Assembly (NCBI RefSeq): GCF_009834535.1
Contig: NC_045697.1
Span: forward strand, 117,430,001-117,494,000
Length of the DNA: 64,000 bases
Source of the DNA: Camelus ferus
Lineage: Eukaryota
Reading direction: 5' to 3'
Shown here: positions 40,445 through 56,569 of the stretch, piece by piece
Position numbering within the stretch: position 1 is the first letter of the stretch
How the letters are laid out: each line of letters starts with the position of its first letter
Translations under genes and position numbers: made by a program
The notes under the pieces: generated by a model
Databases searched by the model: none
What the model saw: the letters and a program-made list of their open reading frames with translations, nothing else
Told to the model about the DNA's origin: nothing

Positions 40445-41971
40445 CGCATATGGGAAACGTGGTAGGGGGGCTTGTGAGCTGAAACAGAAGGAGCAGCATC
40501 CTTTGCTCAGAATCATCCAAGCTTCCCATTTTGTCTACTGGGAAACTGGAGTATTACGAACGTGGACTCTCAGCATCGTGGTGATGAAGGCACCTGTCTA
40601 TAATTGAGTTACGTCTACTGACAAGCTCTGGGGTCCTGAAGGTGTCGTTGTCAAGAATAGTTGGTACCACTGCTGTCCAAACAAGCTGATGACAGTACCT
40701 CTCAGCAGACAGTGTCTGGAAACAGTTAAGATGATTTTCATCCATATAAGCAGCACTAAGAAAGCCAGGCTATCATAAGTTCCTGCCTCGTTCATGGATC
40801 TCACTGACTTCAAGACGGAGGAAAATGAATAAAATATATAAACGAAATAAAAGCAAGCCCTATTGGGATGCAAATCACCTTAGCACGTTCTAAAGTACAC
40901 TTCTCACGGAGAATCATGCAATATTCTATCGCGTTTTCTTTTGTCTCTTCTGTTTTTAATTATGTGCGTATTACATCATATGTCCCGAAGTAGGAGCCAA
41001 TTCTCACTAGCAGCAAATCTGTATTACAACATTCATTCGTAGCGTTAAAATCAAAGCAGCTGCTGACAGACTGACCACAGTCCCTGCTACCACCGCGGTG
41101 CTTGATGAAGGCACGGAGCCCGCCCTCCCCACATGTACCCAGTTGTCACCTGTTGTCAGCGGTCTGACAACCCCACTTTTTCTCCTACCGTAGCTGGAGC
41201 ACCACTGAAGCCCTTTGGAAAAGAGACCAGGGCAGTGCAGTATGAGAAATTACAACCTACCACATCGACCGGAAGTTGCCATACTAATCCTAATTCTGGA
41301 ATAAACTGGCTTGGATCTCACACCAACAAACCCAGATACGTTCAGAGAGAATCGTAGACCATGTATGTGGCTTAATACCAAAGTTTATCTGCTATATTTA
41401 AACATTTTAAAAGAATGAGCCTTTATACAGAGATAATAGTATAACAAAAGAAAATTTTATCAATATCAGTTGACTAGGCTGGTTCCTATAAACAGAGACC
41501 TTAAGCCCACAATTGTTTTAAAAATTAAAATACTTTTTATAGACACACTATAATCATGCTATGCACTTTAAAAAGTTAGAAAGTCGAAGGCTTTTGTTAG
41601 CCTTTTCTTGGAGGGTTTGACAGGAAATTCAGAATTTCCACATATGAACATAACCTGACACAAGATTCACATAACTTATTTGAAAGTGCGTTTTCAACTG
41701 GAAATTATGCCTGAAAGATGGCAGTCAGACTTATTTAACAAAAAACGAACTACAACACGCTTTTCTTTCAAAAATAATCATCTAAATTTAACTATACATT
41801 GCTTCCATTTTGTTCCCAAAGGACAATCAAGTTTTATAAAACATAGTGTCTTTCCTCCTAAGCAGTCGGGAATCAGTAAACAGTGGGAGGGAGAGATGGG
41901 GGTGGGGAGGGAGAGGGTAGAGACCAGGTTAAGAGCAGAAACAGAGTTAGAGACAGAGATGGAAGTTACTA

Positions 41972-42418
<447 letters not shown>

Positions 42419-45400
42419 TTAGCAAGTGTCCTGAGCAAGGAACCACTGATTCGCTAGATCTGATGGGCTACCCAACGGCAGAACTTCAGATCCCTGAGAT
42501 GCTTTCACAGGTAGAACGGCCAAATAGTTTACGGTAGGAAATCTTGGAACAAGCAATTTCAAGAAATGTGCAAATAATCTACCCAAGCTCATGCTACTTT
42601 ATCCACTCATGACGTAAGCAGATATGAACAAGAGGATCTAAGTTCAACAGCATAACTCAGAACGATATTGACAAAGTCAAATATTAAAAATAAAAGAGTA
42701 GGCATCATTGAGAAACAGTTTTAAACACTGATGAAACTCTCCTTTTAATTCAAGGAAGTTCCAAAAGCCTCAGAAGGGTCCAAAATTTCATTAAGTTTTC
42801 GTGTGTACAAAAACATAGGTTTTAGATCTAGGACAGGATAGAAATGCGAAAAAGTTGATACTACAAACAAAGGTATGACACAAAATATAATTCTTAATGA
42901 ATAGAAATCTGATGCTTCAGGGCAGGAGTGCTATGACCCTGTTCCTTTATGGCTCCTGCTTAAGAAAAAATAAATAAATAAAATAAAACTCCAGGAAAAC
43001 AAATCAGACATTTAAAAGTTTCCCAAGACATAAATTCCTAGTTTGAAAGGGAATGAAAATAACAGTATTTCCGTGACCGTAAATTCTTACATAAAACACT
43101 TTTCAAAAGCTTTATAGATTCCCAATAACTTATTTTAAACCCTAGGTAGGTAAATAGAAGCATGTAGATACAGAAAGAGATATGTACTGTACTATTTGAA
43201 AAGATTTGGTGGGGTTCTACATATAAAAGCATTTGAGTAATATTAACAAACCAATATAAAAATTTTTTCTTTTTTGTTAATAACTCTGCCGTGTCTACCA
43301 ATTAAACTTCCTACCCTGAAGAGGCAACACTTCTAAAAATTTAAATCACGACAATGTGGCAATTTACAGCCTAAATTAATCTGGCAATTAATAATCAGAA
43401 ATGCGACTTTTTGACAAATCATAGTTACTACATCAAATCATTAGGTACTATTTGTAGAAGAAACTACTGAAGAAGTCAAGAAACAGGAGTGAAGCTAAAA
43501 GTAAAGCTTTTTTAGATGAAAACATCTGTTCCTAAAATAAAAGAAAAAGGAGAATGTAAACTATGGTAAACAAAAATAATATAATTAAGAGCCTTTACCA
43601 TGGTCTCTAAGAGATGCAAAGAATTAAATATGATAGAATGGAAAACATTAAACATTTCTCACTTGGATTCTGAAAAGGACATTAAATACTATCTAAATTT
43701 GGAACACCCCTAAGGAGGCCCAGCCACTCTCCAGATGTTCACTATTTATTCCACAGTCACGGAAGGAAAAATTGTATGCCAGGTACCCTGTATTCAAGAG
43801 GGCAGATCTGGCACCTGACCGCTCGAGTTCCTTAAAACTAAACTGATCGCTTGTTAATTGCTTTTGACACTATATAGTGCATGTTTACTTGCAATGTATT
43901 TCAGAATCATTTTAATAAATCATTATGTCCCTGTTGTAAAATAAACACTAAAGTCATCAGTCATTCTCTTTTCCAGTGCTTACAACAAATTTAATGAGAC
44001 TAAATATGCCAATTTATTTAAGGTGTGGAAGATAAATTAAAATGTTTATTGGACGTGTGCATCATTTAAAACAGAAGATTCTTGAGTGATTTATTATTTA
44101 CTTGTAAGAGTTCTCCAAGTATCAATTAATGATTCTGAAAGAGTTCCTGAGAAATTTTATGCAGAGAAGCAAATTCAATTTTATTTTTTACGGTGACAGG
44201 CAAGAATGGTTTCTCTAATTAAAACAAAACTTCTATCTCTCAGTATCTGCAGTAAAGGAGCAAATAAATGCACATATTCTACCATTTCTTTTTAGTCACT
44301 ATTAAATAATTTTAAGAATGTCATTTTTTAATCATTTGAATATTTTAAAGATACTGGGGGAAAACAGAAGCAAGCAGGACAATAGGTCAAGTTTACAACG
44401 TTCTGTTCTCATCATCTCTGTGGTTCTAGTCTTCACAAAACTGTAGGTAACGAAGTCCAGACTTAATTTCAGGCAATGACCTGCTCAGTTCAATAAGTCA
44501 TTCTAGGTTAAAATTTAAATGTGTCCTATTCATATTAATAATGTAGTTCCATATCATATTTTACTTGGAAAAAGATGATAAATATCTTTTAAAATACTTA
44601 AAGAGCATCTCTAAAGGGATCTGTGTAATTCATGCATTATATCAATAATTTTTTTAGATATTAAGCTGCTTTACTCTTTCATAAACTAGAATTAACATCA
44701 TTGCATTATAAAGAAATAGTGATAGTTTAGTCCATTTAAAAAAATCCCTAAATTTGCCACTGTTATGTAGTGATTCAACTTTTAAATGCACATATACGAT
44801 ACAGTGAAAGACATTTCAGCTGAAGATTTTTAATAAAGTGAATTTTTGCCCAAAAACCCAATTGATAATGAGGAAAAATATACTTTCAAAAACTGATTTA
44901 TCTTACCAGGGAATAAAAAAGTAATACACTTGGAATTGATGAGTGAGTCATGATGCAGGAATGAAATTAGAAGCGCAGGAAAAGGTCACAGTTTAGGAAG
45001 CAGGCGTGTTGAAAATTAGCATGTCAATATGTCATGGTGGACCCTGGGATAACACAGATGGTTAAATGTGCCTTGTGCTCCAGCCCCTATGGGTAAATAT
45101 GCCTTCTGCTCCTTACAAGCACTGGACACCAAATCGACCTTCAGAGCCGTGATACATGAGGGTCCATGGGTGGGAACCCAGGTCAGTATGTCCTACTGCA
45201 TAATGAAGCCTCATGCATTGCCCCTCCTTATTCAAAAGGCAGAGCACAGCGTGTGCAACCCTAGGGTAACTGCCTTACATTTCAGGACTTGGGCAACAGT
45301 ATACTTCTTACCAAAGATGAATCATTTCATTATTATTTATGAACCAGAATGTTCTCTGAGATTCCAATCTGGTTAGTATTCTCCTCCTTCCTCATTAGAA

Positions 45401-46485
45401 ACTTCTCTTTCTTTCTTTAACTTAAGTCAGATAAGCTAAATATAGAAATGAAGCTATGAGTCTTATATAGTTTGTCAGAAGTCATCGTAATTATATATTA
45501 TATATAATTATTATTATATATTAAAATCATATTTCTACGTGTATATATGCCATGCAAATGCCGCTGGTGTAGTTCTAATTCAGTGCAGTTCCATAGAGAA
45601 GACACAAGGAATTTGATGGAATTAAGATTGTTTGGATCCAGATAATTCTTAAAAATGTGCCCTGCTTTCTGTGAAGTTATTGATAATTTCTGCACACATG
45701 ATATATTTCCTTTAACTCACTGGGTAGAGTATAGAAAGAAGATTGCTAAAAGATACAAACTTGAGAGCTTCACATAGAGTTTTCTGAAATGAATTAGTTT
45801 TTATCCTCAAAGTGCTCAAAAGCTAACAATATAATGAAATTGTACTTTAAAAAATCACTGCCTTTGCTAGTTATTAAAATGTTCCATAGAATCAAAGGAG
45901 GGTAATTGAGCCCAAATGAAAATGTGCCAGTAGATCGATAATCATTTAGGCTTTAAATGTGAAAACAGTCGCATCAGAAGAAGTCTGATTTATTCCTCTG
46001 AAGAACCAGATGAGGCTATCATTCCTTTTTTTTTTTAGGCTCTCTTTCTTATTCATGTATGTAACATGAACAAAGGTAATATGTCTTCTGTGATATATTC
46101 ATTATTCATTATACTTAGGCATTCTAGAGCAGGAATTAAAATGTCATAATGAGATGAGATGTGTCTAAATTTATTCCATCCTGTGTGTATTACTCTTCAA
46201 TGTGGCACAACTTTCCGTAATGAATCAGCCATCGTTATCACCCAACTATGTATTTCGAGACACTTGGAAAATATGTTACCGTATAGCCTTTTTAATCCAA
46301 CAACTTAACCTTTAAAGAAAAACCAAATTTTATAAATATCATTTCCATGAGCTAGTAGCAGAAAAATAAAAGGGATGGGAAGTGTGCAAATGAGGTTTTG
46401 TGGCTTTTGGAGTTAATCAGTCATGTTGCCCATTTTCCCATATACAGGTCTGTGGATCGACACACAGATGACTGTAAAATGAGAA

Positions 46486-46495
46486 TATGCAGCAA
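46486..46495 (-). promoter_or_regulatory. GRIA2: Editing-site complementary sequence (ECS) for the Q/R site
   Basis: Sense TTGCTGCATA is a perfect 10-nt complement of exonic TATGCAGCAA (46804-46813), ~315 nt downstream of the edited A. Confidence 0.95.
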
Positions 46496-46533
46496 AAACA
46501 CGGTACCCCTCCAAGAAGGCATGGAATGAGAGG

Positions 46534-47214
<681 letters not shown>

Positions 47215-47646
47215 TTACATCTCAGGATGGGAGAGAAGGAAAGGAAGTCGGGGAAACGGAAATAATTATTTCCTTGGCAGAATCTCAGTAAAAGACAAAC
47301 CAAAAAAGAGCCATTCCCCGCCCCCCGCCAAATATCCCTCCTTTTTATAAATACAGAGCACACCCTTCTGCCTCAATTATAAAAACTGTCTGCATCTGTG
47401 CCTTTGCGGTCTTGGAACAATGAATATGGCCCCTAGGCTTCCAGACAGTAAAATGCCTGTTGCCAACTGCACATTTGCTTCTGACTTCATCCTGCATCTT
47501 CAAATGTCACAAGGAAACAAGACACTCTTCCTAGAGTAGTGTAGGAAACCAACTACCTCAGTAGCGGGACTTTTCAGGGGAGGCAAGCATTCTGTCAACA
47601 AGAGTTCACACTGAATGACTTTATCCTTGAGAAGAGTGGTACTTAC

Positions 47647-47853
47647 CCCATAGACAAGCTCTCCAACCATCCCATTCCAAATTTTCGTGTCTGCATCCCT
47701 GGCCCCATACTTGCCATCCCCGACAATCGTCAACTTGTACTTGAACCCACAGTGTTTGGCAATTTCTGCAGCCAAGTCAACACAGTATCCCTCGTAGCGT
47801 TCATTGCCTTCAAGCATTTCGTGATTCTTCTTCATCATAACATATGGAGATTC
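47647..47853 (-). CDS. GRIA2: GRIA2 exon 10 (207 bp; S1)
   Basis: atatag|[33 protein letters not shown]...[11 protein letters not shown]|gtaagt. Confidence 0.98.
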
Positions 47854-49387
47854 CTATATGGAAAGAAGGTGCTTCAGTTGATTAAAAAAAAAAATGGCTG
47901 TGTTAATCAGCCACTCTCATCAACTCCAATTTTCCGGTTTAATTATTACCTGTTAGCCAGAGATCCTGGAGAATATAGATAGTGGATAATATGAGTGGGA
48001 AAAAATTAATGCTTCTTAACAAAATTCTCAAATGTCGATCATTATATCTCACTAATATGCCTTGTACCCAGACATACCAAAGTAAACAAGAGACTAACAG
48101 CACAAAACTGTTACTCTGTCCCACCATCATGTTTGTAATCCCGAGGGCTTAGAGAGGAGTCACACCGCTCTACATCCACATTCAACTCTGGATCCACCCA
48201 CTCTCTTTTCTACAAGGCTACCCAGACCCCAGAGAACCTGCAACCACCCAAAACCCTGGGTCACTACCAGCCTGAGGACAAAGTTCACGTGAAAATCAGG
48301 TTCATGGTGAGCAACGTGCAGACCGGAAGAGTCATTGCCGTGGTGATGTGCTGATTCCACCCTCCCAGGCTTGAGCCCTCACCTCCTCTACGAAATATAA
48401 TATCCCAGAATTACGCTATACAGAGCACTAGAGAGCAGCTTCCCCTGTAAACACCATAAAGAGGAAGTGTGGAAAAAATGACCCAACACCAGCCCAACAT
48501 TCTCTACTGAAAAGTGGTGCTAAGGATACACGGAGGCTCAGTGAGATGGTTCCTCTCAGTGGCACGATTAAGGCCAAAATCCTCAAATGTCTAGCCTGCA
48601 TCAAGATATTCCAGTGCCAACCAACGTTCTTACCCAAATCCCATGTCAGACTACGTATATTTTCTTCTCAATATTATTATGTTGACGAATTCTCCAGATT
48701 TACTACATCACAGCTCGGTAAAACAAAATAAGATTGTTCTGTCGCAACATCACATACTATCAGCGAGCCCCACTTTCCCCGTTTCATTTCACCCACAGCC
48801 TGTCACGAGGACCTGCATGACATGGAGAGACCTTCCACCTGTCCCAAGCCTCGATGGTCACGATCCAGTTCAATTCTATCTCAGTCATCCGAAAGCCATT
48901 TTTAAAGCATCAGCTATGTGTCAACTACTATGTTGGGACTTGGAGTTAAAAAGAAGGGAGATAAGCCCTGTCTTTAAGGAGTTTAGCTTTCTGTATGAAG
49001 CAAGAGAAGGTGACAGCATTGCTAAACCATGTAACAGATGTAAGGGCAGAATGGACCCAGAATTGTGTGGGAATGAGAAGATGAGACACCCGAGGAAATT
49101 CCAAGAAGACTTCTCCAGACTTGCCCCAGGTCTTCCCCCGTGTGAGCACCAGGTTACGAATCTATGAAGCTAAAGTCCCACCTTGAAGAGGACAGCAGAT
49201 ATTTTGAATGCTTTAGCTCATGTTTGTGCGTGGTCTTTTGGGCACAGTCATCATGCAGTGAATGACTAAAGCATTCAAAAGCAGCACCATGTCAGTTATT
49301 GTCCTGAAACGTAAGCAGTGATTTCAGTTGACAGATATTTTTCATAAGAAAAATTAGTGTGACGCATAGGTGTGTGTCGCTAATTAC

Positions 49388-49498
49388 CAAGATTGTAGTG
49401 ACGACAACAGTTTTATTCTCAAGCCCAGAGGTGTCATTTCCAGAAGGGAGTTCGGTGAGGGTGACAACCATTTTGTCCACTTCGCTCCAGTATCCGAT
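49388..49498 (-). CDS. GRIA2: GRIA2 exon 9 (111 bp; ATD-LBD linker)
   Basis: tttcag|[43 protein letters not shown]|gtaatt. Confidence 0.98.
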
Positions 49499-50160
49499 CT
49501 GAAACAGGAACAGAGGGTGGGCTCGTGGCTTCATGACTTTCAATTGGGAAAGCACTGAATTACTGTCAAACCCACATCTGAATCTGAAATGACACCTGCA
49601 TTACTTGGCTGCTTCTAAATAGAGATGTGTCTTGTTTGTCTCTGTGACTCTAAGAGGAGTAGAAAGGGACCAATCAAACCAACAAACAGCTTGTCTCTTT
49701 GTGATCACTTTTCACATTCTCCAAAGGTAGTGCGTTGGGGAGTTGGTCATATAGAATCACAAATAAAATCCAAACAATGGCATTTTAGCCCTAACAGAAG
49801 GAAAAAAAATATGGAATTGGACTGTTACATGCACATTAGCACCACGTGCATTAAGTCTTCTGAACCACAACCCTTCAGCAATAGTTCTTTTTCTTTTCAT
49901 TAAACTCTGTTTCTACCTTTGTCTTTAAAAAAGTATGACACTTCTGTTCATAGTTATTTTAAAATTAATTTCAGGTGTCACTTACCAGAAATACATAGAT
50001 TTTATTTAGAAAAGAAATATTTTAAAATATATGTTTCTGGAAGTTGCTGAACTCCATCTATGTGAACATACATCTCCAGGACTCTGGAAGAAGAGGCAAT
50101 GGGTTCTCTAACCCTCCTCCTCACACAGAGAGAACTGCCTTCCCACCACTGATGATTTAC

Positions 50161-50265
50161 CTTCCGGGGCCCATTTGTTTTGAGCTCCATGATGTTAATT
50201 GTATAATTTATTCTTTTTCCATTCTGGTCAAACTTGATATTTCCTGAGAGACCTTCAACCTGCAC
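50161..50265 (-). CDS. GRIA2: GRIA2 exon 8 (105 bp; ATD)
   Basis: tactag|[41 protein letters not shown]|gtaaat. Confidence 0.98.
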
Positions 50266-50513
50266 CTAGTAAGGAAATGGGAAAAGAGCACAGTTAGAAA
50301 TTCACTTCAACAGCTACAAACTGGTTGACCAGATGACTCTCCTGGAGTGCAAGACAAGAAAAAGACACTTAACAGGTTTCTTCTCAATCTTCAAAGGGAC
50401 TTTTGTATAGTTAGGAAATAATGTTCCCTTTGCTCAAAACGTAAGAGATAAAAACGAGAATGACTAATTCAGCAGGGAAAAATAGTGGCCATTGTTGAGT
50501 TTCATTACAATCA

Positions 50514-50738
<225 letters not shown>

Positions 50739-52106
50739 TCAGAGACTCACCATGCACTGGCAATCAAGACTGCAGTTGCCCACCATGCAATACCACATCA
50801 GAGTTCAAGAATTCAGACACAATTTCTACCTTTAGAAACCTAAGAATCTAAGAGGAGTCATATAGAATATTGGGACTATGGAATGTCCTCTTGATTCTAA
50901 ACATTTTCAATTATGGTAACATCTCAGCCATTTCAGGTGAGACCTTTCATAGTAATTGTGTTGATGATTTTGTTTATGTTTTCTTTTTTCAAACTAGTTT
51001 CTCATTAGAGCAAGATTTTATGACCTTATCTGCTGATACAGGAAATTATCAAATTAACAAATCAGTATTTCTCCATTGTCTAATGAGAGATTCATTTGGT
51101 GACATGCAAAGAAGTCTGACTGGTTTTGAGACTCTGTCTCTAATTTTACCCTACTGAAGCTCACATAGATCTGCAGAGATCTTTGGAGTATTTATTTGTT
51201 TTTAAACTCCCCTAGATGGTTATGATAAATCAAATGGAAGAACCACCAAACTTCATGATTTCTATGCCCCCTCACACTTCACTAGTCTATGATAATATTA
51301 GTTCTAAACTTACAGTATTCAGATCTCTGTGTGATAGCAGGATTGCTTTAGGAGCTGGGATCCAAACAGAAAAAAAAAAAAAAAAACTACAAAAGTTCAC
51401 TAAGCATCATCAGGGGCTGGATAAGTATTATTATGGCATGTGTATATACTGCCATCTATCAAAGTATGATGTTGCTATCAGCAATAATAAATCACATTTT
51501 AACATAAAAACTTTAATGATTGCTGAGGAAATTTCTGTTTTCAGTATTTTTCAATCTTTTGTTAACAAAAGTACAGAGAATCTGGGCAAAAATATAATAT
51601 CATACTGATTTTGTGACACACTAAGTTTCTTGATCACAAATTCAAAATGGGCACTCAATATTTCCAAATAATCATCCTTTCTTCAGTAACTTGGTTCTTC
51701 CACTCTCAAAAATGACTATTCTATACCTTCTTTTTATCTTCTCTAAAACCCACACCTCTGCACACTTTTCTTTCTCTGAATTCCTGCTGCCTCCCTCACC
51801 TTACCTGTCACGGAGGAAACAGAAGCCAACAGACAGAACCCACTGATCTTTTGACCAAAATCTACTAAGCCCCACATCTCTCTGTTTCCCTCCTGAGTTG
51901 ACAATGCGTGAGGTGGCCATACTCCTCCCAGGGGACGGCCACGCCAGCAGTGCACTGCCCCTGTCCCTCTCATCTTCTTGAGGACATTTTTCCTGCAGTT
52001 ATACCCTTAATATCCCGCATAAGTCTTTTTCTCTATTAGCAATTCAGTGACTCTAATATTTGGTATTGTAAATAAGGAAAGAAAGAAATGGGTAAGTGTG
52101 TGAATT

Positions 52107-52240
52107 TGATAGATAGATGATGATAGGTAGACAGACGGATGGATAGATAGATAGACAGACAGATGGAGGGATGGATAGAAGGACAGACAGGTGGACAAAT
52201 AGATAGATAGATAAATACATGATAGAAACAGACAGATATA
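52107..52240. repeat. Compound (GATA)/(GACA)/(GGAT) tetranucleotide repeat
   Basis: Read directly from the sequence. Confidence 0.9.
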
Positions 52241-54925
52241 ACAACTGTTTCTTAGGTCCATGTCTCCTTCCAATTTCCGCCATCTTTTCCCATTTGTTAA
52301 GGGGAATTTCCATTTCACATCAACCCTCTTTGTTCTAAGTGATCTCATTCAGTCCATGGCTTTAAATTACACCTGTGGCCCAAACGTGACTTCCCCAGTG
52401 GTATCCCTCCTGCTCAGCCCACTCCTGGTCACTCTCCTTCACCTTGTTGTGCCCTTGTTTATTTCCTTCAGAGTCTCTACCAGTATCTGAACATCTTCTC
52501 TGTGTATTTTTTGTTTATTTCATCTTTCTTCGCCACTAGAATAGTTACTCCAGGGAAGTGGAAAACTTCTCTGTCACCACTGAATTCTCAGCGCTCAGGG
52601 CAGGGTTGGGCACTCTGGGGAGACTCAATAGGAAAGGAGGAAGGAAGGAAGGGGGGTCAGAGATGTTGATATGGATTATATCTTTATGGCACTTACATGT
52701 CTCTCAGTTCGATGAAAAGATACATAAACAGATAATTGCGATATACCACAATAGTGTTATAAATCAGTCCAATGGTGGATAGATGTCTATCTTGTTTATT
52801 TTTAATATGAGAGATATTACAATCAGGCAAATGAGAAAATAATTTATGGGGTATGAATTATCCCCTCCCCACATCCAGAAGTTTTTTTTAAGATGCCACG
52901 TTTTTAACACTAAAAATGGTACTGTGAAGTTATCACTTAATCTTTGCATGACTCAGTTTAGTTGAATCAGTTTAAGTTTATCATATGAATGAATCAGATT
53001 TGATGGGAAAGTTGGGAGGAAGACAGAAGAAAAAGAGAAAATGATTTTGAGCCCACATGACAGTGATTGGGTACTGTTAATGGTAATAAGACATTTGCAT
53101 TTACTGCTAAATTTTCTCACTAAAATTTCTTCTCATATGCTACTGCCAGTTAAGCAGTGTCATTGCAGGCCTATATATGAGTCTTTCTTGACAAATCTAG
53201 ATTATCTCTGGATGGTTGCACTTGACTTTCCTGCAAATACCTCTACCAGATGGCTCTAAATAAAACCCACTGCCATTTTTTCCCCAGATCTGCAACTTTT
53301 TCCTTCAAATTGTACATGCAAGAAATCAGCAAAAGACACTGTATTATATATGCAATTTAGGCAACTTATATTCCTGGATTGAAAATGTAATTTCTGGGAA
53401 GCTATTCCAAGAAAATATTCTCAAATACAGAGACTTTTCCCACAAAGATATTAATTTCAGTGTCATTGGTAATATGCAAAAATTAGAAAGAATCTGAATT
53501 GTTGACAGTAAAGGAATGCTTAAAAACTATGCTTTTTGCCTTGTGGAAGTATTACGCAGCCATTAAAAAGTTCTACTAATAAAGGTAATGTGAGAATACC
53601 AATAATGCTAGCTATAAGGGAAAAACATTATTACAACTAAATTTTTTTCAACAAAAAAATGAGAGTAACAAAAAATGGTGATATACCTTCAACAGAAAAA
53701 TGAAAGAAAAGTAAATGAAATGGTAATAATAATAGGGAGGAAAAACACATGATGATATTTCTTTTCTAACAATTCTACAATATCCATGTAGATTTTTTTA
53801 AAGGTAATTTAAAAAATCATATAATATCAAAAGCATTGTTTTAAATCATATCTACTTAAGAAAAGGCTCCTTGAAGAAATAGAGATATTACATCAGGATT
53901 TATCTGCCTCACTTATGTGTTTGTTTCTAATCTCCTGGGTGGGGTGGGGGAAACACTGATTAAATTGCTTTCCTTTACAGCAATCAGTCTGTTGCCAATT
54001 TAATTCTTGTGATGAAGTTTAGGTCAGGGAATCAGAAACAGAAACTAGGGCCGCAGTTTATTTGTGTTCAAGAGTAAAGATCATAGTTAAAAGCCGAAAT
54101 CTTCATTGAGTCTGACTGCTCACATTACTATGAGAAATCTATAAAGCCATCCGCTGAATGTTTTAGAGCCCTATAAATGCTGGTGAACTCCATTAAAAAA
54201 TAAGACTAGGTTGAATGAACTAAAAGCATTTAAGTCCAATGCAGCGTGTTTTCATTATGATTCAAAGCGTAAGCCCGCCAAGAAGAAAAATCCTTCCAAC
54301 CTTTCTCGAATGTTCAAATCTAATCAAGTCTCAAGCCTATTATCACTTTAAATTAAAAGTCACCATCATGGAGACACAATTCTGGGCTAAGAGGAAATCA
54401 AAAGCCTCTGTAACGGAGTTCCTTCTTGTTTATGTTCTGCATCTGTGGCTCATTTATTTTTCTAAACAAATATGTTCACATTTTTGATTGGACAGTGAAA
54501 TATTTCAGTTTTATTCTACCATTCACTAACTAGATGTAAATTAACTTGCAGGGAACATGACGGCAATGTAACGATCTCCTTCTCTGAAAACAAATGTATC
54601 ATCTCTGCCGTGATGTTTATGTTCTGTGAAATCCCCCATCTGAGCTGGAAATTTACATTTCAGTGGGGGTGCCATGATGCTCTGTGTCCTCTGTCACAGT
54701 AGCCTCACACCACACTTGAAGAAGAAACCTGGGAAAATGTTTTTATGGCCTATTTTCCAAATGCGCTTTTTTATCTCATTTGAAATGTATCCTTATTGAG
54801 ACTTATTTTTCAGGAGGAAAATGAAATATGCATTTTAAACATGTTTGTCATGCCCAGCAGTTAGCAGACATTATTCAGTAACACATTTCTGTAATCACTG
54901 ATACCAAAAAACTTTACTGACAGTT

Positions 54926-54982
54926 AAAAACCAAAACCAAAACCAAAACCAAAACCAAAACCAAAACCAAAAACAAAAAAAA
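54926..54982. repeat. (AAAACC)n repeat
   Basis: About seven AAAACC units followed by an A-run. Confidence 0.95.
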
Positions 54983-55646
54983 AGGAGATAGGAAGGAGTT
55001 CTATATACATTTAAAATCTAATGAATATACAAAGAGAATAAATCGGCTAAAATATAAAATTTTATGGGCCATCCTAATGTTTTCACCAACTGAAACATGT
55101 TATCTGCACGGTGCTGAGACAGGAAAAAAAAAAAAATACCATTCCAAAAAGTCCTAGATTTAGTACTATGAAAATGTTATAAAATTTCCTATGAATGGCC
55201 ACTTTCCAAATTTTCCTTGACACTTGAAATGGAATTGAGTATAGTGTCAAAAGCACGGAACACAGCATCTCCTGATCTTTTTCAGGGCTGCATGGAGCCC
55301 TGATTTCACCATTTCTGCTCTGTTGCCTGGAGCAAGTTTACTAAAACATCAGCATCCAAGGTTTCTTATCAATGAAAGAACAATGTGTCTCCTATGTGGC
55401 AGGAGTGTTGGAAAGGAAGGTGAGGGAAAGAGAAAGAGTTCAAGTTGACCTAGTTCTCCATGTGCCAAGCCTGAGCTGCAGAGTTTCTTATTAAGTCCTT
55501 TTTCAAAAAACTCTATGCAACAAATATTTTTACCCCAATTTTACAGGTGAGAGTTGCCAGTCATCAAGTGATATTTTGCTCAGGGTCACAAAAATATGTG
55601 ACCAACGTGGAATTTGAATCCAGATCTCTCTGTTTCTAGGGTAATG

Positions 55647-55738
55647 AGGGTGACCAGCCATCCTGGTTTGCCTGGGGCTGTCCCAGTTTTGGAACAGAAA
55701 GTCTGGAGTCCCAGTCACACTGGGACTGTTGGTCCTCT
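55647..55738. mobile_element. hAT-Blackjack MITE (MER81/MER94-like)
   Basis: agggtgaccagccatcctggtttgcctggg ... cccagtcacactgggactgttggtcctct; palindromic ends typical of the family. Confidence 0.7.
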
Positions 55739-56569
55739 TTTTTGGCAAATTCTACATCAAATGAATAGTTATAGGCAAGGAGATGCTGGATGACTTGTAA
55801 AATATGCTAAAGATGCAAGCTAACGACCAGCATGTTTGCCTTATTTTTTCCTTTTTTTACTAACTTGGTCTAACACTAGCTGATCTTGACAATGTTTTGA
55901 AAACCACCACCCTGATCTACAAGACTCTCTGATCTAGTAAGTTTAGAAAATGATTCTCACATGGGCATCTTAAAGGCTCTGAGAAATCCTGCAGTAACAA
56001 GTTTGGTTCTGTTTGATCAGCATGGCCCAAACTAATTACCATTTAATTTTTTTCCTTAATATTAATAGCTTTCCGTAAAAATAGCATTTGTGTAACATCC
56101 TTTGGGGTGTTAAAAGTTTTATGGTCTGGTAAATTTTACACACTCATTTTTAAAATAGCATCAATTATTTAGTTAAATCAAATTATTAAAACTGAATGAT
56201 ATTTCCCTAGAGAACCTTGCACAATAAAATTCTCAGTTTCTTCATTACAAAATGATCAACATAATCAAAACTGGTAAGCTCGAGGAAAAAGAATTAAGCC
56301 TGTAAGAAAAATGTTAAAAAGCCTTGTTTGAAGTTTCTTGGCAATGACCTAGAATCAACTAAAGCCACAGAAAGGAAAAATAGTATTATGAAACACATTA
56401 TAAACTTAAAATTATTCATTTGTCTTAATTTCAAATTCAACTGAAGTCTACCCCCTGGGACGGATCTGTCTGTGATGAGTTCATCTTTAATTTCCTATAA
56501 AGTCTTTTGAACACATGCCCTTTGTAGCTTCACCGTATAAAATCACAAAGTCTTCATTAAAACTCAGCA

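Noticed and set aside
48643..49167. 174-aa + strand ORF antisense to intron 9
   Set aside because: No recognisable homology, and it partly overlaps degenerate L2-like sequence. Most likely a chance ORF.
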